A stretch of DNA of 63,197 nucleotides, counting the filler, from Neoconidiobolus thromboides FSU 785 (lineage: Eukaryota; Fungi; Entomophthoromycota), in NCBI GenBank assembly GCA_025603075.1. It is 6 parts of 6 records of this genome, joined end to end, with 100 filler letters (N's around TTAATTAATTAA, not from the genome) between each part and the next. Parts side by side here need not be neighbours in the genome. Positions count along the whole stretch, not along the records: positions 29,087 to 54,396 come from MU626514.1; positions 54,497 to 57,297 come from MU626353.1; positions 57,398 to 59,653 come from MU626863.1; positions 59,754 to 61,537 come from MU626914.1; 2 more parts are not named here. One strand, given 5' to 3'. Position 1 is the stretch's first letter; each line of letters starts with the position of its first letter. The notes beneath the pieces were generated by a model that was not told the DNA's origin, ran no database searches, and saw only the letters and a program-made list of their open reading frames with translations. Position numbers and translations under genes: made by a program. Positions 48,806 to 61,252 of the stretch are shown here, one piece after another.

Positions 48806-50068
48806 ATGAGTTTCAACCTAAATAAAAAGAGATACAAAGAATCAGAAAAAAAGGGGGTGTGGATTAAAGATGGCTGTGAGGACGCGGAAATAGAAATAGA
48901 GATACGAATAGATAGCATATTTGGAGATAAAGAGATAAATTTTAGTCTCAATAATGAGGATTACAATAGGTTAAATTTTATACAATTAAAGGAGATTATC
49001 ACGAATAGATATCTTAGCTCTTATTCTATACAAATCATAATCGATTATTTTTATGATGATAATAAAGTGTATTCAATAGTATCCTTCTTAAGTGAGAATT
49101 TTAACACCAAAAAGATCGTTTTAAAAGCAAAGGTTAGCAAGTTTCTGGGCTATACCATCGAAGCAATCACCAAGACTCTACAGACTAAGTTTCAACAATT
49201 TGACTTTAGCTCAGTTACATTACCTAACTTAAACTTTGATAATTGGCTCGCTGGAGATGAATTATTAAAAATAGTTTCGTTTTTTGACTCAAAGTATTGT
49301 TCAAGAGAAGTCAATACACTTAGTTTAGATAATAATTTATTGGATAACGATTTCTTATTTCAGTTTGCAAAGTTAAGTTTTATAAACTTAAATTTACTTA
49401 AGCTTGGTAACAATGCGTTTTCTGGGAATGCTTTGATCCACTTCATTGCAATATTAAAACAAGATACTCTTCAAACTTTAGATTTAAATAATACAGATTT
49501 GTCAAAGTTAGATTTAGAAAGATTTTTTGATCAACTAAATAAATTTCCAGAATTAAATTGTCTAAACCTTAATAACTGCAACTTAAATTTTGATAAAAGA
49601 CATAACTTTACATTGCATAACAAAATTAGTTTGAATTTATCAGAACTGACAATCAATAATAATAATCACTTTTCTCATTTTTTAAATTGTTTTAATTTGA
49701 CCGAGTTAAACCTAAGCTATCTTACTATTCATAATCTTCCTTATAATCTTCTATTTTTGCTTTTAAGATCTAACAATAGGTAATTAACTTTAATTTTATT
49801 ACTTATATTCCAATAGTTAATATAATTTTAGTTTAAAACATCTTAATCTTTATCATCTTTCATTTGATTCCATAACTAACCCTAATGACATTTTACTCGA
49901 GTCAACTCAATTATCTACTTTAGACCTCTCTTACTTCCCAGATCTAGAAGGTAACTTATTCTATTATTCTTATATTAGTTTATTTATTTTTTCCACTATA
50001 GTTTTAAACGAATGGCTAAATGTGTTATTACCTAAAGCACATAATTTGACGCGCTTAGTTCTAAAAGG
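48806..50068 (+). CDS. leucine-rich-repeat (RNI-like) protein, multi-exon, 3' end uncertain
   Basis: LSLDNNLL, LKLGNNAF, LDLNNTDL, LNLNNCNL; additional exons ~49832-49950 (LKHLNLYHLSF..LDLSYFP) and ~50001-50068 (LTRLVLK). Confidence 0.7.
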
Positions 50069-51260
50069 TATTAAACAATTTGAAGTTAAGTTTAGTGGTT
50101 CTATCTGTTGGTAATTATCATATTATCAAAATTCATATTGGCTTATTAGTTTATGAATGATATGTCTTTTAAATGATGTAATGCTAAGATAGATAAGTAA
50201 TTTGATCTGTTATACTTTGAATGCCCTAATATAACATTATACATATTTTATACGTCTCATTGATAATATGTCAGTTTTTTAGGAATGTATATCAATCTAA
50301 ATGGTAAAATTTATGAAAGTGTGTTTTAAATTACAAGTATTTGGTTCATTGAAAACTCTGAATTTAATATAAACTATCCTTTTATAAGATTTAGTTTATC
50401 TACAATCTTCTGGTATTTTGATAATCATGGTTTGAATTTGATACAAGTAGTTTGCAAATTCTCAATAAATTTTGTAGATATTATCCACTTATAGCATGTA
50501 TTTCTGTTAATTTTTGTAATTCCAAACCAAACCTACTTAACACTTATATTCAGATATACCACTTTTATACACCAGAATCATTAACACTCATGATAAAGTT
50601 TTAATGGAAAGTTATATCATTGGATAAAATTTACAAAGGAATATAAGATGAACTAATAGCTAAATATACCTATGGTTGGTACCTCAGTTTAATTTTTTCA
50701 TCTGATTGTTGAAAGAATAATTATAAATTGTAAAAAGTCTATTAGCGCGTAACTGATCTATGTAACATAGATGTTTAAAATGACTTATGACCATTCTATA
50801 AAACAGATATAAATGTTATTTTGTTTATAAGAGCCTGTTTTTGAGTTTCCCCCGTTTACTCTGTTTAGTAAGCTTCATAAGTTGAAACAGCCAATCTTTT
50901 AAATAAAGATATGGATTTATTCATCAACGGTGTGGAGAATAAAAGAACTTAATATAACTTTTAACTTTTATTCTCAACCTATAGTTATTCTAATTTGGGT
51001 TTAATTCTTTTACAATTTTAATGTTTTGATTAAACATCATATTTTAGCACTATTAAATCTTTTTTGTACTAAGTAGAGATGAGTTTACTTTCACTTTTAT
51101 TTTAAGTAGATTTAATTAAGCTAAATTTTGTATACTGCTTTTTGGATTCTTATTCTTTAAGGAGAGCATCTTGTCGAAATAATGTTTATATCAATAATAA
51201 CATAATCCAAAACATTTAATTTTTTTATAAATATACATCTTTTTATCGCCTTTTCAAGTA

Positions 51261-51269
51261 ATCTGATAA
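51261..51269 (+). promoter_or_regulatory. ATCWGATAA iron-responsive GATA site (SreA/Fep1/Urbs1 type), distal
   Basis: Exact ATCTGATAA ~700 bp upstream of the siderophore transporter. Confidence 0.5.
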
Positions 51270-51768
51270 TCTACAAACTTATTCTCTTAATATTTAAATA
51301 GTCATAAGATTTTACTAATGTCTAAAAATTTCCACAATATTATTAAAAACAACCTATTTTACTATTTTTTGATCAATCAAGGTCTTATAAATGTTCGAGA
51401 TTTTTTCTGGTGTTAGAACTTTAATAATATTTATCAAATGGATAAATTCAAATCCACTTTATACCTTAAACTAATTCTATTTATAAATATACAATTCAAG
51501 AAATCGGTGTACTGACAATATTAAAGATATTTCATTATTTCACTCTTAAAATTTCATTATACTTTAAACATCTATCCCTAGCCCTTTACCTCTACTCTTT
51601 TACCTCTACTTCTTTGTCCTATACAATAAATTTGTCTATCAAAATATCTCTCAGCCTTTGAATTAATTTAGGAAATTCCTTTAAATTTTCAATAGAATAA
51701 TATTTAAATACATTTCCGCATACTAAAAATAAAAACTGATCACCATTCTTAAAAATTCTTTATCTCAG

Positions 51769-51822
51769 CCAATAACAGTTGGGTTCCATCAGATTACTGA
51801 TCTGATAAGACAAAGGTGATAA
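51769..51822 (+). promoter_or_regulatory. proximal iron-regulatory cluster: CCAAT, ATCAGATTA, ATCTGATAA, GTGATAA
   Basis: CCAAT 51769-73, near-match 51788-96, exact ATCTGATAA 51800-08, GATAA ~51818; TATAAAA ~51862. Confidence 0.65.
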
Positions 51823-51959
51823 TGTAAAATAGCGTTTACATATTTGCTTGTGAGAGATAGTATAAAAAGAAACAAAACACAGATGAAGAAATTGTTTTAT
51901 AGAATAATAAAACTTAACCCGATTAAAGTTTAATAATAAACTATTAAGTTTATAAAAAA

Positions 51960-53672
51960 ATGAAAGATAATTTAAGAGCAGAGTTTGGGGCAGAAGAGAT
52001 CAATAATGTAGATCAAAAAGAGCTCACCATTGATGAAGTAGGGGCAAGGAGGATGGCTAGTATACGTGGCATCATGAGTCGCCCCCAACTATGGGCCTGT
52101 TACATTGGCTTATTACTTATTACTTTCATAGTCTCCTTGGAAGTCAACTTGGGCTATGGTCTTTTAACTGTTGCTTTGAATGAGTTTAAAGCAAATGCAC
52201 TAACTAGTGTGATTTCTGTAGTGACCAGCTTGATGGGGATTATACTTGTACCTCTGTATTCCAAGATCAGTGATTTCTTCGGACGTACTGAAATATTTTT
52301 GATCTCTTTATTTATCTATGTCATAGGCTTAATCCTTACCTTTTCAGCTAGCTCATTTTCTACCTTTTCCGCCGGATGGATCTTTACTAGTATTGGATCT
52401 ACAGGATATGAAACTATCAAAGCCGTCTTAATGGCTGATTTAACCTCTTTAGCTAATCGTGCCAATTTAAATGCTGCTGATATGATCCCCTTTGTTATGA
52501 ATAATTGGATCGGTACCTTTTCCGCTACCCCGATCTCTGAAAACCTTGGATGGCGATGGGGATATATTATACCTACCATTTTATTTGTTCCCTTCATTTT
52601 TCTATTCTTTAGTATGATGTTTTATTTACAGCATAAAGCCAAGAGACAAACAAATACATTCGTAAGCATCAAACAGTTCGGACTCAAAAAAGCAATGAAG
52701 AAAATCTATCATGATATTGATTTGGTGGGCTTTGCTCTATTAACTGTGAGTTTACTCTTAATAATGATTCCTTTGATAGTTGCTGGTACTTTGTCAGATG
52801 GTTGGAATACACCTAGTATGATTACACTAATTGTAATTGGGAGTATATTGTTCATAGGATTGATCGTATGGGAATATAAATATTCTAAACATCCCTTAAT
52901 TCCAATACAAATGTTAAAGAATAAGACTACACTGGGTGGTGTTTTAATTGCTTTTTTTATTAAGATGGATGCAGGTTTAAATTGGCAATACTTTTATTTA
53001 TACTTTATGATCTCACGTAAACTAGATCCAACTAGTGCCTTGTTATTATTTAAAGGAAACCAAGTTGGTTATTTAGTTTCTGTTTTAGTCTCTGGGATTT
53101 TAATTAAGAAGTTACCTAATTTTAAATATTTATTGATTGCTGGCACTGTTGTTAATTGTATTGGTTTAGGTACTATGATACCTGCTAGATTCCCACATTC
53201 CAGTGATGCGTCTATTCATGTCACCCAAGCAATATCTGGTATTGGACAAGGTATGATTGATATGAGTGCAATTATAGCTTATCAAGGTACAGTAAGTAGG
53301 AAAGACGTAGCTATTGTTACAGCCACTGTTCAATTGTTAAGAAATGTAGCTACTTCAATTGGTGGAACCATAGCTGGTGCTATTTGGACTCAAGTAGTAC
53401 CTCAGCTTATTCAAAGAAATGTAGAAGGTGAAATTGACCTTACTAGAGCTATGAATGAAATTGCTTATGTTTGGGAATTACCTGATAGTCAGTTTGAGCA
53501 GGTTGTAAGTGGATTTGGAGATGGCCAAATGATTATTTCCGCAGTGTCTTGTGCTTTAGGTGTGATTGGGTTTTTAATTGCTGTATTTATGGTTAAACCT
53601 GTCGATGTTCACAATACACAGAAATTTGATGAGAATATCACAGATGAAAACGAAGAAGTGTACAAAGATTAA
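51960..53672 (+). CDS. siderophore-iron MFS transporter (SIT/ARN/MirB family, ~14 TM)
   Basis: SKISDFFGR, ADLTSLANRA, WRWGY, HPLIP.QML.NKT, GGTIAGAIWT; intronless 570 aa. Confidence 0.88.
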   Translation: MKDNLRAEFGAEEINNVDQKELTIDEVGARRMASIRGIMSRPQLWACYIGLLLITFIVSLEVNLGYGLLTVALNEFKANALTSVISVVTSLMGIILVPLYSKISDFFGRTEIFLISLFIYVIGLILTFSASSFSTFSAGWIFTSIGSTGYETIKAVLMADLTSLANRANLNAADMIPFVMNNWIGTFSATPISENLGWRWGYIIPTILFVPFIFLFFSMMFYLQHKAKRQTNTFVSIKQFGLKKAMKKIYHDIDLVGFALLTVSLLLIMIPLIVAGTLSDGWNTPSMITLIVIGSILFIGLIVWEYKYSKHPLIPIQMLKNKTTLGGVLIAFFIKMDAGLNWQYFYLYFMISRKLDPTSALLLFKGNQVGYLVSVLVSGILIKKLPNFKYLLIAGTVVNCIGLGTMIPARFPHSSDASIHVTQAISGIGQGMIDMSAIIAYQGTVSRKDVAIVTATVQLLRNVATSIGGTIAGAIWTQVVPQLIQRNVEGEIDLTRAMNEIAYVWELPDSQFEQVVSGFGDGQMIISAVSCALGVIGFLIAVFMVKPVDVHNTQKFDENITDENEEVYKD

Positions 53673-54295
53673 GCTCACACTAAGTTTTTCAAAAAAGCCA
53701 TAAATTCAAGTTAATATTTAATAAAGTTCATCCATTTAATAGATAGATAAAGGTTCTCATTTTCTCGACTTTTATTCATAACCTATTTATCTCAATAGTG
53801 ATATAGTTTAATTTTTATAGTTTTTTTATTAACTTCTATTACAGGGTATATTTATAATTTTTATAATTCCAAACAATTAATAATGATTAAGAGAGGCAAA
53901 TTGAGCTGGAAATTAGTAAATAATAATACAAAAAACCTGGAATTCCATAATCTTTTTATAAAGATCAATTATTTTTTAAATGTTACAAATTTTCTTTGAA
54001 AGTATAATCAATATAATTGAAGTATTTTCCAGAAAAAAACACTGTAAAATTATTATTATAAAAAGACTAAAAGAAATAAATCATATAGTTAGCAAAGGAT
54101 ATATAACATTATTTATAATAGAAAGAAAAAACATTATACAAGATTTATCGAAGTTTCTAATTTTAAAGCAATTATAAAAAACCAAAAACAAAAAAGCTAT
54201 TAAAACTGCTAACAAAAAAACCGAAAAAAATAAAAACCTAAAAAAAGGAGCATTAAAGTTTTTAAAATTAAAAAAAATACTACAGATATATAAAG

Positions 54296-54396
54296 ATATG
54301 GGGTTGTCTGAATTAGTTTCATTATTTTATCCAATTTTTGAAAAATTTTGTATTTTAAAAACTTCGCTTAAAATTCTATAAAATCACATCTTTTAT
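54296..54396 (+). repeat. repeat family B copy (runs into gap)
   Basis: ATATGGGGTTGTCTGAATTAGTTTCATTATTTTATCCAATTTT...CTTCGCTTAAAATTCTATAAAATC. Confidence 0.7.
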
Positions 54397-54496
54397 NNNN
54401 NNNNNNNNNNNNNNNNNNNNNNNNNNNNNNNNNNNNNNNNTTAATTAATTAANNNNNNNNNNNNNNNNNNNNNNNNNNNNNNNNNNNNNNNNNNNN

Positions 54497-55290
54497 TTCT
54501 TAATTGTTTCTGTTCCAGAATCGGATTCATCTGAACCTTCCAGTTCTCTAATTTTGCTTTCGTGTGCTTTAATTTCCACATCAACTTTTGTTAATTTATC
54601 ATTTAATTCGGATAATTCATCAGTAGATTCGCCTTCGCTTTTTACTGGAGCTCCATTGGGCATTGTGTATGATGAGTTCGGAAGCCCTATTGGATTACCA
54701 GGATCTCTAGAACCATTTGGAATCATAGAAGCACCTTTGTTATATATTCCAGCATCAGCTCCTTCTACCATTGCCTTATTTCCTAGACCTATAGTATTCA
54801 TGGGTAAGCCTAATGGAGTTGATCCTAGCCCTTCGGCATTTGTTGAAGCACTAACGCCTTGAGCCACTGACTTGTTATCAGCAGTTGCTGTACCTTTGGT
54901 ATACATATTGGCACCAGCTAGTTCTACTATTCCTTTATTTCCTAGACCTATAGGGTTTACAGGTAAAGATAATGGAATTGATCCTAGCCCTTCGGCATTT
55001 GCTGAAGCACCAACGCCTTGAGCCGCTGACTTGCTATCAATAGTTGTTGCACCTTTACTATATATATTAGCACCAGTTGCTTCTACCATTTTCTTGTTTC
55101 CCGGATCTATGGCTTTTACGGGTAGACCTAATGGGTTTGGAGCTGATCCTTCAACTTTCTCTAAACCACCGCCACCTTGAGCTGCTGACTTAATATCAGT
55201 AGCAGTTGCACTATCGACTGGTAATGATACATTAGTATTTAATTGAAGTAAAGCGACTAAAACTGCAATAACCGGATTTGAATTTCTCAT
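54497..55290 (-). CDS. secreted protein with three 53-aa tandem repeats and an acidic coiled-coil segment (3' end lost in gap)
   Basis: Hydrophobic N-terminus; repeats KSxAQG...EG...PLxLP...I..GNK..VE..GA..Y.KG; 159-bp periodicity visible in the DNA. Confidence 0.75.
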
Positions 55291-57068
55291 TTTCTAATAA
55301 TCTATATTGAATAACTTAAAATGTTATCACGTCACTTTGCATTATTTATAGCCGGGAATTGATAAACATAATAAAGACGCCATATGTTTTACTTTGTAGT
55401 TGATATAGTGCATTAACCTTAATTTTATTATCAAACATATTTATGGTTATCCTGATATACTTTAACCACATAAGCATTTATTGTCTTCAAACTTGTGCTT
55501 GTTGATCTTTGAGAAATCCCAATCTATATTTGGATAATTTAAAGTTTCAAAATTTTAAAAATTTTAAAATTTTTTGTCAATAACATCAACTCAATCATTT
55601 AAACTAATTATTTGCGTCACAAATGTCAATATTCTTAACTAATTTAAGAAATAAAGAAATATTTACCAAAAGCTTCAAATTTAAAAAAGAAACTGTAGAG
55701 TAGAGCTTTTTAGCACTTACAAAATTATATATACAGTATATTATTCAAATTTTTTAAACAATTTTGACTAACCAAAACCTTATAGTCCTTTCTTAATTAG
55801 GATTAAAATTTAGTGATTCCACCAGTAATTAATGGTAAGTTTTTTAGGCTATAAATTTAATATTTTAGTTTAATACACCTTTCTAACTAATATTTTTATT
55901 AGGCAAGCTATAACACAACTGAGAGATTAGAAGTAAAATCTTTTTATGATGATGTAAGATAATCTCTAAAAAAATGGAAGGTTTTTAATCAAAAAAGAGG
56001 AGATAACTGGTTACTATATCAATTTCATATTTTCCTCTCAAGCATTATTTTAATATTAATTTTTTTTGTTGCAATTCTTTACTCTTACAAGCCCTTAATC
56101 AGAAAATTTTAAATTTTATCAAAAGCTTCATTCATTCAGAATGAGATAAGACTAAGTGATTAAAGGTGGAAAAAAACCCAATAAAAGAAAACTATGTAGA
56201 AAAGACTTTTGTTGAGGTAAAAAAATAATAGAGGAAGAAAGGATGCTGGGAGGAATAGAAACATTTGGCTTTGAAAAAGAGTTAGAAGTGGCTCTTTCAG
56301 ATCATTTGATACCAACTCCCTAGGTAAGATTTAGAGCCCATTACTGGCGAGCTCCTGAGCTACGACAAAGCACTTCCCACTCAGAAGAAAAAAATCCTAA
56401 ACTAATTTAGAAATCATCTTATATTTAGAATTGTTTTAATTGACTTTTTATAAGATGGTTTCAAAAATAACATACCTTTTTGAACTAATCAAGTCATTAA
56501 TTTCAACAGCAAATACTTTTTATATGTAAAAGCAGAATGATTTTCTAGTAGAAAATAAACAAGCTGAAGTAAAAAGATTACTACCAAATTTCTCTTAGTT
56601 TGTTTAATTTCCTTTAATACTATAACTGTGATATAAAATTACTGTACATTGTAATAAATATCTCATATTTTTGGAAAACAAAAAAACATCTGAGAATGTC
56701 TTTTGTATTTGGTATTTTATCTACTTTTATGCATAAAGCTGAAATTTCAATAAAATGACTTCTTATGAAAAAACATCTCTAAACGGAACGGTTTAATAGA
56801 TTCTGTCTATTTATTGAATTTAAATGATCTGTTAGCTAAATTACAGTAAAAAAAGCATGCCTACATCTACATCTAAAAAGTAAAGGTAAAACTAAAAATT
56901 TTAAAGCGGAAATCTAAAATCGCTTATGCCAAAATTTTGATTTTTTAGTCAACTTTGTATTACTTTGGACTAAAAATCATTACCTATATATTGAATTGAA
57001 AAATATCACTAAAACATGTTATAAACTACAAGATTTTATTTAATTTTTAATATTACACTTTCAAGTTG

Positions 57069-57175
57069 TATAGAGACGTATTTTTTGTTTAGGAATCTTA
57101 CTGATACCCTTCTCGCTCAAATAGCGCTTAAAAAACGGAAAAAGTAATAAAGCCAAAAAAGATACCTTACGCATA
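57069..57175 (+). mobile_element. MITE family A copy (diverged)
   Basis: TATAGAGACGTATTTTTTG...CGCTCAAATAGCGCTTAAAAAACGGAAAAAGTAATAAAGCCAAAAAA. Confidence 0.7.
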
Positions 57176-57780
57176 GTTTAAAGGCTATGTTTGCAGTTTC
57201 ACTTAATTCAAGGTATGGAAATTATGCAGCTTTAGGAGGAGTGTACGCGTTCATGGCCTCTTTCGTACCAACACTTTCTGCAGGTTTCATTATATTCNNN
57301 NNNNNNNNNNNNNNNNNNNNNNNNNNNNNNNNNNNNNNNNNTTAATTAATTAANNNNNNNNNNNNNNNNNNNNNNNNNNNNNNNNNNNNNNNNNNNNAAA
57401 ACTAGCAATGAAGCTAACACTAATGATGTTTTATACATTGCTGGATATACCACTTTGACTATATAAGTTGTATACTCTTTAGTAGCCATGTTGATTAACG
57501 AGATAAACTTTGTTTTATTTTATACTTTATATTCTACATTTTCTATTTACTTATATACTTTATAGTTTGTTGCAATGAATATCCCATAAAGGATAGTCTT
57601 GTTTATTTAGCTACTTTTCAAATGTTCCAATTAGCTCTGGTGATAATAACCGGTTTATTACTTTTGAGAGTTCGCGCCACAATTTAGTTTTTTATTGTCA
57701 ATTAATACCATAAATTATTAATTCCTAAGTAAATCCTTAGATTTAACGAAAAAATAAATCTGTGCTAGTTTTTGTAAAAG

Positions 57781-57883
57781 GTATGGGGATACATTTTATG
57801 TTTAAGAATTTTACTAACAAATTTTCCGCTCAAATAGCGTTTAAGAGATTAAGAAAATGAAGTCAAAAAAAACACCCACATAT
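57781..57883 (+). mobile_element. MITE family A copy
   Basis: GTATGGGGATAC...CCGCTCAAATAGCG...AAAAAAAACACCCACATAT. Confidence 0.8.
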
Positions 57884-58433
57884 GGTATTTTTAAGATCAA
57901 TTTGTTTTAATTTATGAAGTTTAATAAGCACATCTGTTTTATAAATTAGTATCTTTTTCAACATACACATTTTGAATAATAGTGCTGTATTTATAACTAA
58001 ATATAAAATTACGTTTTCATTAAACAAATTATTTTTCTGATATCAAAAATAAGATCAAAGGAAAAATTAATTAACAACTACTATTATTTTATCTAAATGT
58101 CACTGCTAAAATACTGATATACCAATCTGTGCTATTAAAATGACTTTTTCATGTAAAAAAGTTTCAAATTAATGTAGGTGTTTTTGTATTGTATAATATT
58201 TAGCTAAAGTTAGATAACCATAAAACCACCTTAAGCAACTTCCATTATAAAGAAACCAATTCAATTAATGTATTAATTAGGAAAAAATCCGTCACTACTA
58301 AAAATAAATTTTGATTTATAAAATAAGATTAAGATAAGTGCCTCACAAAATGATTTAAGTAGTCTATATGGGTATTTTATTTAAAATTTTACAAAGCTAC
58401 ATTTGACTCCTAGCTTTACTTATATTAAACTAA

Positions 58434-58488
58434 CATACGCGAGTTTTTTTTTCGCTTCATCGCTTTTCCTATCTTTTAAGCGCTATTG
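58434..58488 (-). mobile_element. MITE family A half copy
   Basis: GAGTTTTTTTTTCGCTTCATCGCTTTTCCTATCTTTTAAGCGCTATT, then the sequence breaks off. Confidence 0.6.
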
Positions 58489-58504
58489 GTATACAATAAT
58501 ACCA

Positions 58505-59260
58505 ATATGGCTTCTTAAAAACTCGATACCAACTTCACTTATATACACTATTAATAGTGATCGAGCCCGAGTTTACACTACAAAACCTTTCGATCGATCC
58601 TATTGCAGTACTTTTACTAAACCCTGGAGGCTCAATTAAAGCTATAGTAGTATCAGCACCAACTTTCAACTTTAAGTCATTTAATGTAACAATATCAAAA
58701 CGCGCTGGATAAGAAAAAACTATACTTCTAAAATGAATACTATCTTCAAGTTTACCTGCCTTTTTCTCTTTCTGTTTCATTAGTCCGGTATATACAAATG
58801 GATCTATTTTAGGTTCTCTTTCAATGCACTGAAATATTTAGTTACTGCTCCTTGTGTAACAGCTAAAGCAGTTAAAAAGAGTAGACTATGTCTAATCGAC
58901 AGAGCTCCTAAAGTAACTGAAAAAAAATGCCAGCTAGAGTAACTAAAGGAGTTATAATTAATAAAACCAAACTGAGTCTCCTACCTTAAGTGAAAGCTAC
59001 AATATAACCCGGAAAAAAACTGGAAAAGTTTCATATCATAAAACCTAAATTTTTAGATATATCATCTTAAATTAGGGAAATGTCTCTGGATATACGAGAA
59101 AATGTATCCTCTGAAGGAATTATATCAAATCAACCAATTTCTTATGATAAAACTGGTTTATAGTAATTCCACCTCATACGCAATGTTTGATTTTTACCTA
59201 TTACTACCTATAAACTCATTTTTCGATTTCAGCAGGTAAGGCTATAATAATAACTTCAAG
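58505..59260 (-). pseudogene. ABCB/MDR transporter pseudogene fragment (TMD1 to start of NBD1), internally deleted
   Basis: GKNQTLRMRWNYYKPVLS*EIG*FD, GYIVAFT*G, VLLIITPLVTLAG, AVTKIFQCIEREPKID, IHFRSIVFSYPARFD, degenerate Walker A EPPGFSKST; stops and frameshifts. Confidence 0.8.
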
Positions 59261-59367
59261 AAATTGAAGATATAACGTGTAATTATAGATTTAAAAGCTT
59301 GAATAGTTAGCATTGGGTCATTTGAAAAATTCACAGCATAACTTATAAATGCTTCTATAATTTCAGA

Positions 59368-59485
59368 GTATGAGGTTATCAATTAGTTTCATTATTTTAT
59401 CCAATTTTCACATATTTTGTATTTAAAAAAACTTTGCTTAAAATTCTATAAAATCAAATTTTTTATTAAAACAAAAGTACCTGGA
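59368..59485 (+). repeat. repeat family B copy
   Basis: GTATGAGGTTATCAATTAGTTTCATTATTTTATCCAATTTT...CTTTGCTTAAAATTCTATAAAATC...AAAAGTACCTG. Confidence 0.7.
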
Positions 59486-59793
59486 CACAGTTCTAAATCA
59501 TTCTATTATAGTTTATACCGTAAGTTAGCTGAATTTTTAATAGATCTTAAATACATATTCTTATAAAGCTTAATTGAGAAATATTTATTATCAACTGCTT
59601 TATAACCAACATTGTAGATTTGTTATCAAATAAATAAACTATTTTAATGTTATNNNNNNNNNNNNNNNNNNNNNNNNNNNNNNNNNNNNNNNNNNNNTTA
59701 ATTAATTAANNNNNNNNNNNNNNNNNNNNNNNNNNNNNNNNNNNNNNNNNNNNTTTTAAAGTTCTTTTTTATCTTAATAACTTTATTAAATAG

Positions 59794-60806
59794 TGATAAA
59801 TGGACGTGCATTATCTACTTCAAGTGTTAAAAAACCAGTAAATTTTAAGGTTAATGATGAGTATTTAAAATCATTCAACAATCAACAAGTACGTGATTAT
59901 CATAATAGTAACCATCGTAAAGATTATGATTTTTCTTATTCAAAAGATCGAAATAGATGGTATGATCAACCAGAAGGAATGATGAATATGAGAGATAAGT
60001 GCCAAGAAATGAAAGAGTATAAGAACTATATGAATACAAAATATCGCTGTGGACCACCAAGTAAACTTAAAGTAGTTGGTAGTGTATTAGGTGGTATTTT
60101 CGTCATCACTCATTTACCAAGCATATTCACATTAGTAGCAGGTGGTGCTCTAGGAGTAGCAGCTTATCGTTGGATGAGTTTTTCAAAAAGATATAGAGAT
60201 AATCCAAGCTTTAGTTTTCAATATCCAGATACTACTTCTATTATAAAGAACGCATTTAAAGACCCAAGTTCATTTAGATACTTCATGAATGAACCAAATG
60301 GAGTTCAATCTAAATCAAAAGATCAAGTACCAGATATGAAAAATATATCTTGGAGTGTCTTCCATCAAATGTTCCCCAATGTAGGTGATAGAGCTTTAAA
60401 AATGCAAAAAGAGGTTGAGAAATTACGTGAGACAGTCATTTCAAGGGTACAATTTGATATTGCTAATGAAGAAAGCGAATTCAATAAATATATTCGTCAA
60501 ATAATTGCACAAAACAACAATGGGAATAGTAGTTTCTTTGATGCTAAATTATTGACCTTTGAACCTTATGCTGATGTCAAATTTCACTCTAACGATGGCT
60601 TAATTCATATTGAAATGGTAGCTAAATATCCAAGCAATAACTTTGGTTTACAAGAAAATCGATTTCTTTTTTATGCTGAAGGAAAATTAGTTAACAATAC
60701 TAATAACAATGAACCTAATTCAGTCCAAGATAAAGAACTCATTGTTACTAAACTTTCTGCAGTTTGTCTTAAAACTTGGAAAGCTATGCAATTTAATTTA
60801 TCTTAA
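59794..60806 (+). CDS. hypothetical membrane protein, probably 5'-partial, possibly mitochondrial
   Basis: The ORF opens at AATAG|TG, which looks like a splice acceptor (in-frame TAA just upstream, gap at 59654-59753). RALSTSSV resembles a presequence end; one hydrophobic hairpin VVGSVLGG..GVAAY. Confidence 0.65.
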
Positions 60807-61252
60807 TTTACCTTTATATTCTTCATTCTATCTCACAACTTATTAAATGTCAATAATATTAGACTTTTAATTATAATCTACGTTTTTAACATGATTTTTA
60901 TGTTTTCTATTTTTGATAAGTCAGTATTTTTGTTAAAGTGAAGTTAAATCTGCAATTTTATAAAATGGAACTTAATCAACGCCGTAGTTTCAAAATACTT
61001 CCAATTTAAAAACACTATCTGCAAACTAGAACTAATGGTAATAATAATATATTTGGGAGTAAGGCATAAAAGAAAATTCAAGGGCTTGAATGTGATTTTA
61101 ATTTATGTTTTTATTTAATTATTTTATAATGTGAAGATAATGATGAATGCCTCATTACTTTATTTTATTCTTTTGAGTCCAGACAAGGGTCTCAAATTAA
61201 TTACTTGTCTAAATAATAAAGTATAGTATTTATGATAACAATACTTGGAAAA

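Noticed and set aside
57200-57700. Hydrophobic coding-like fragments around the third gap
   Set aside because: Possibly further transporter remnants, but too short and degenerate to assign.
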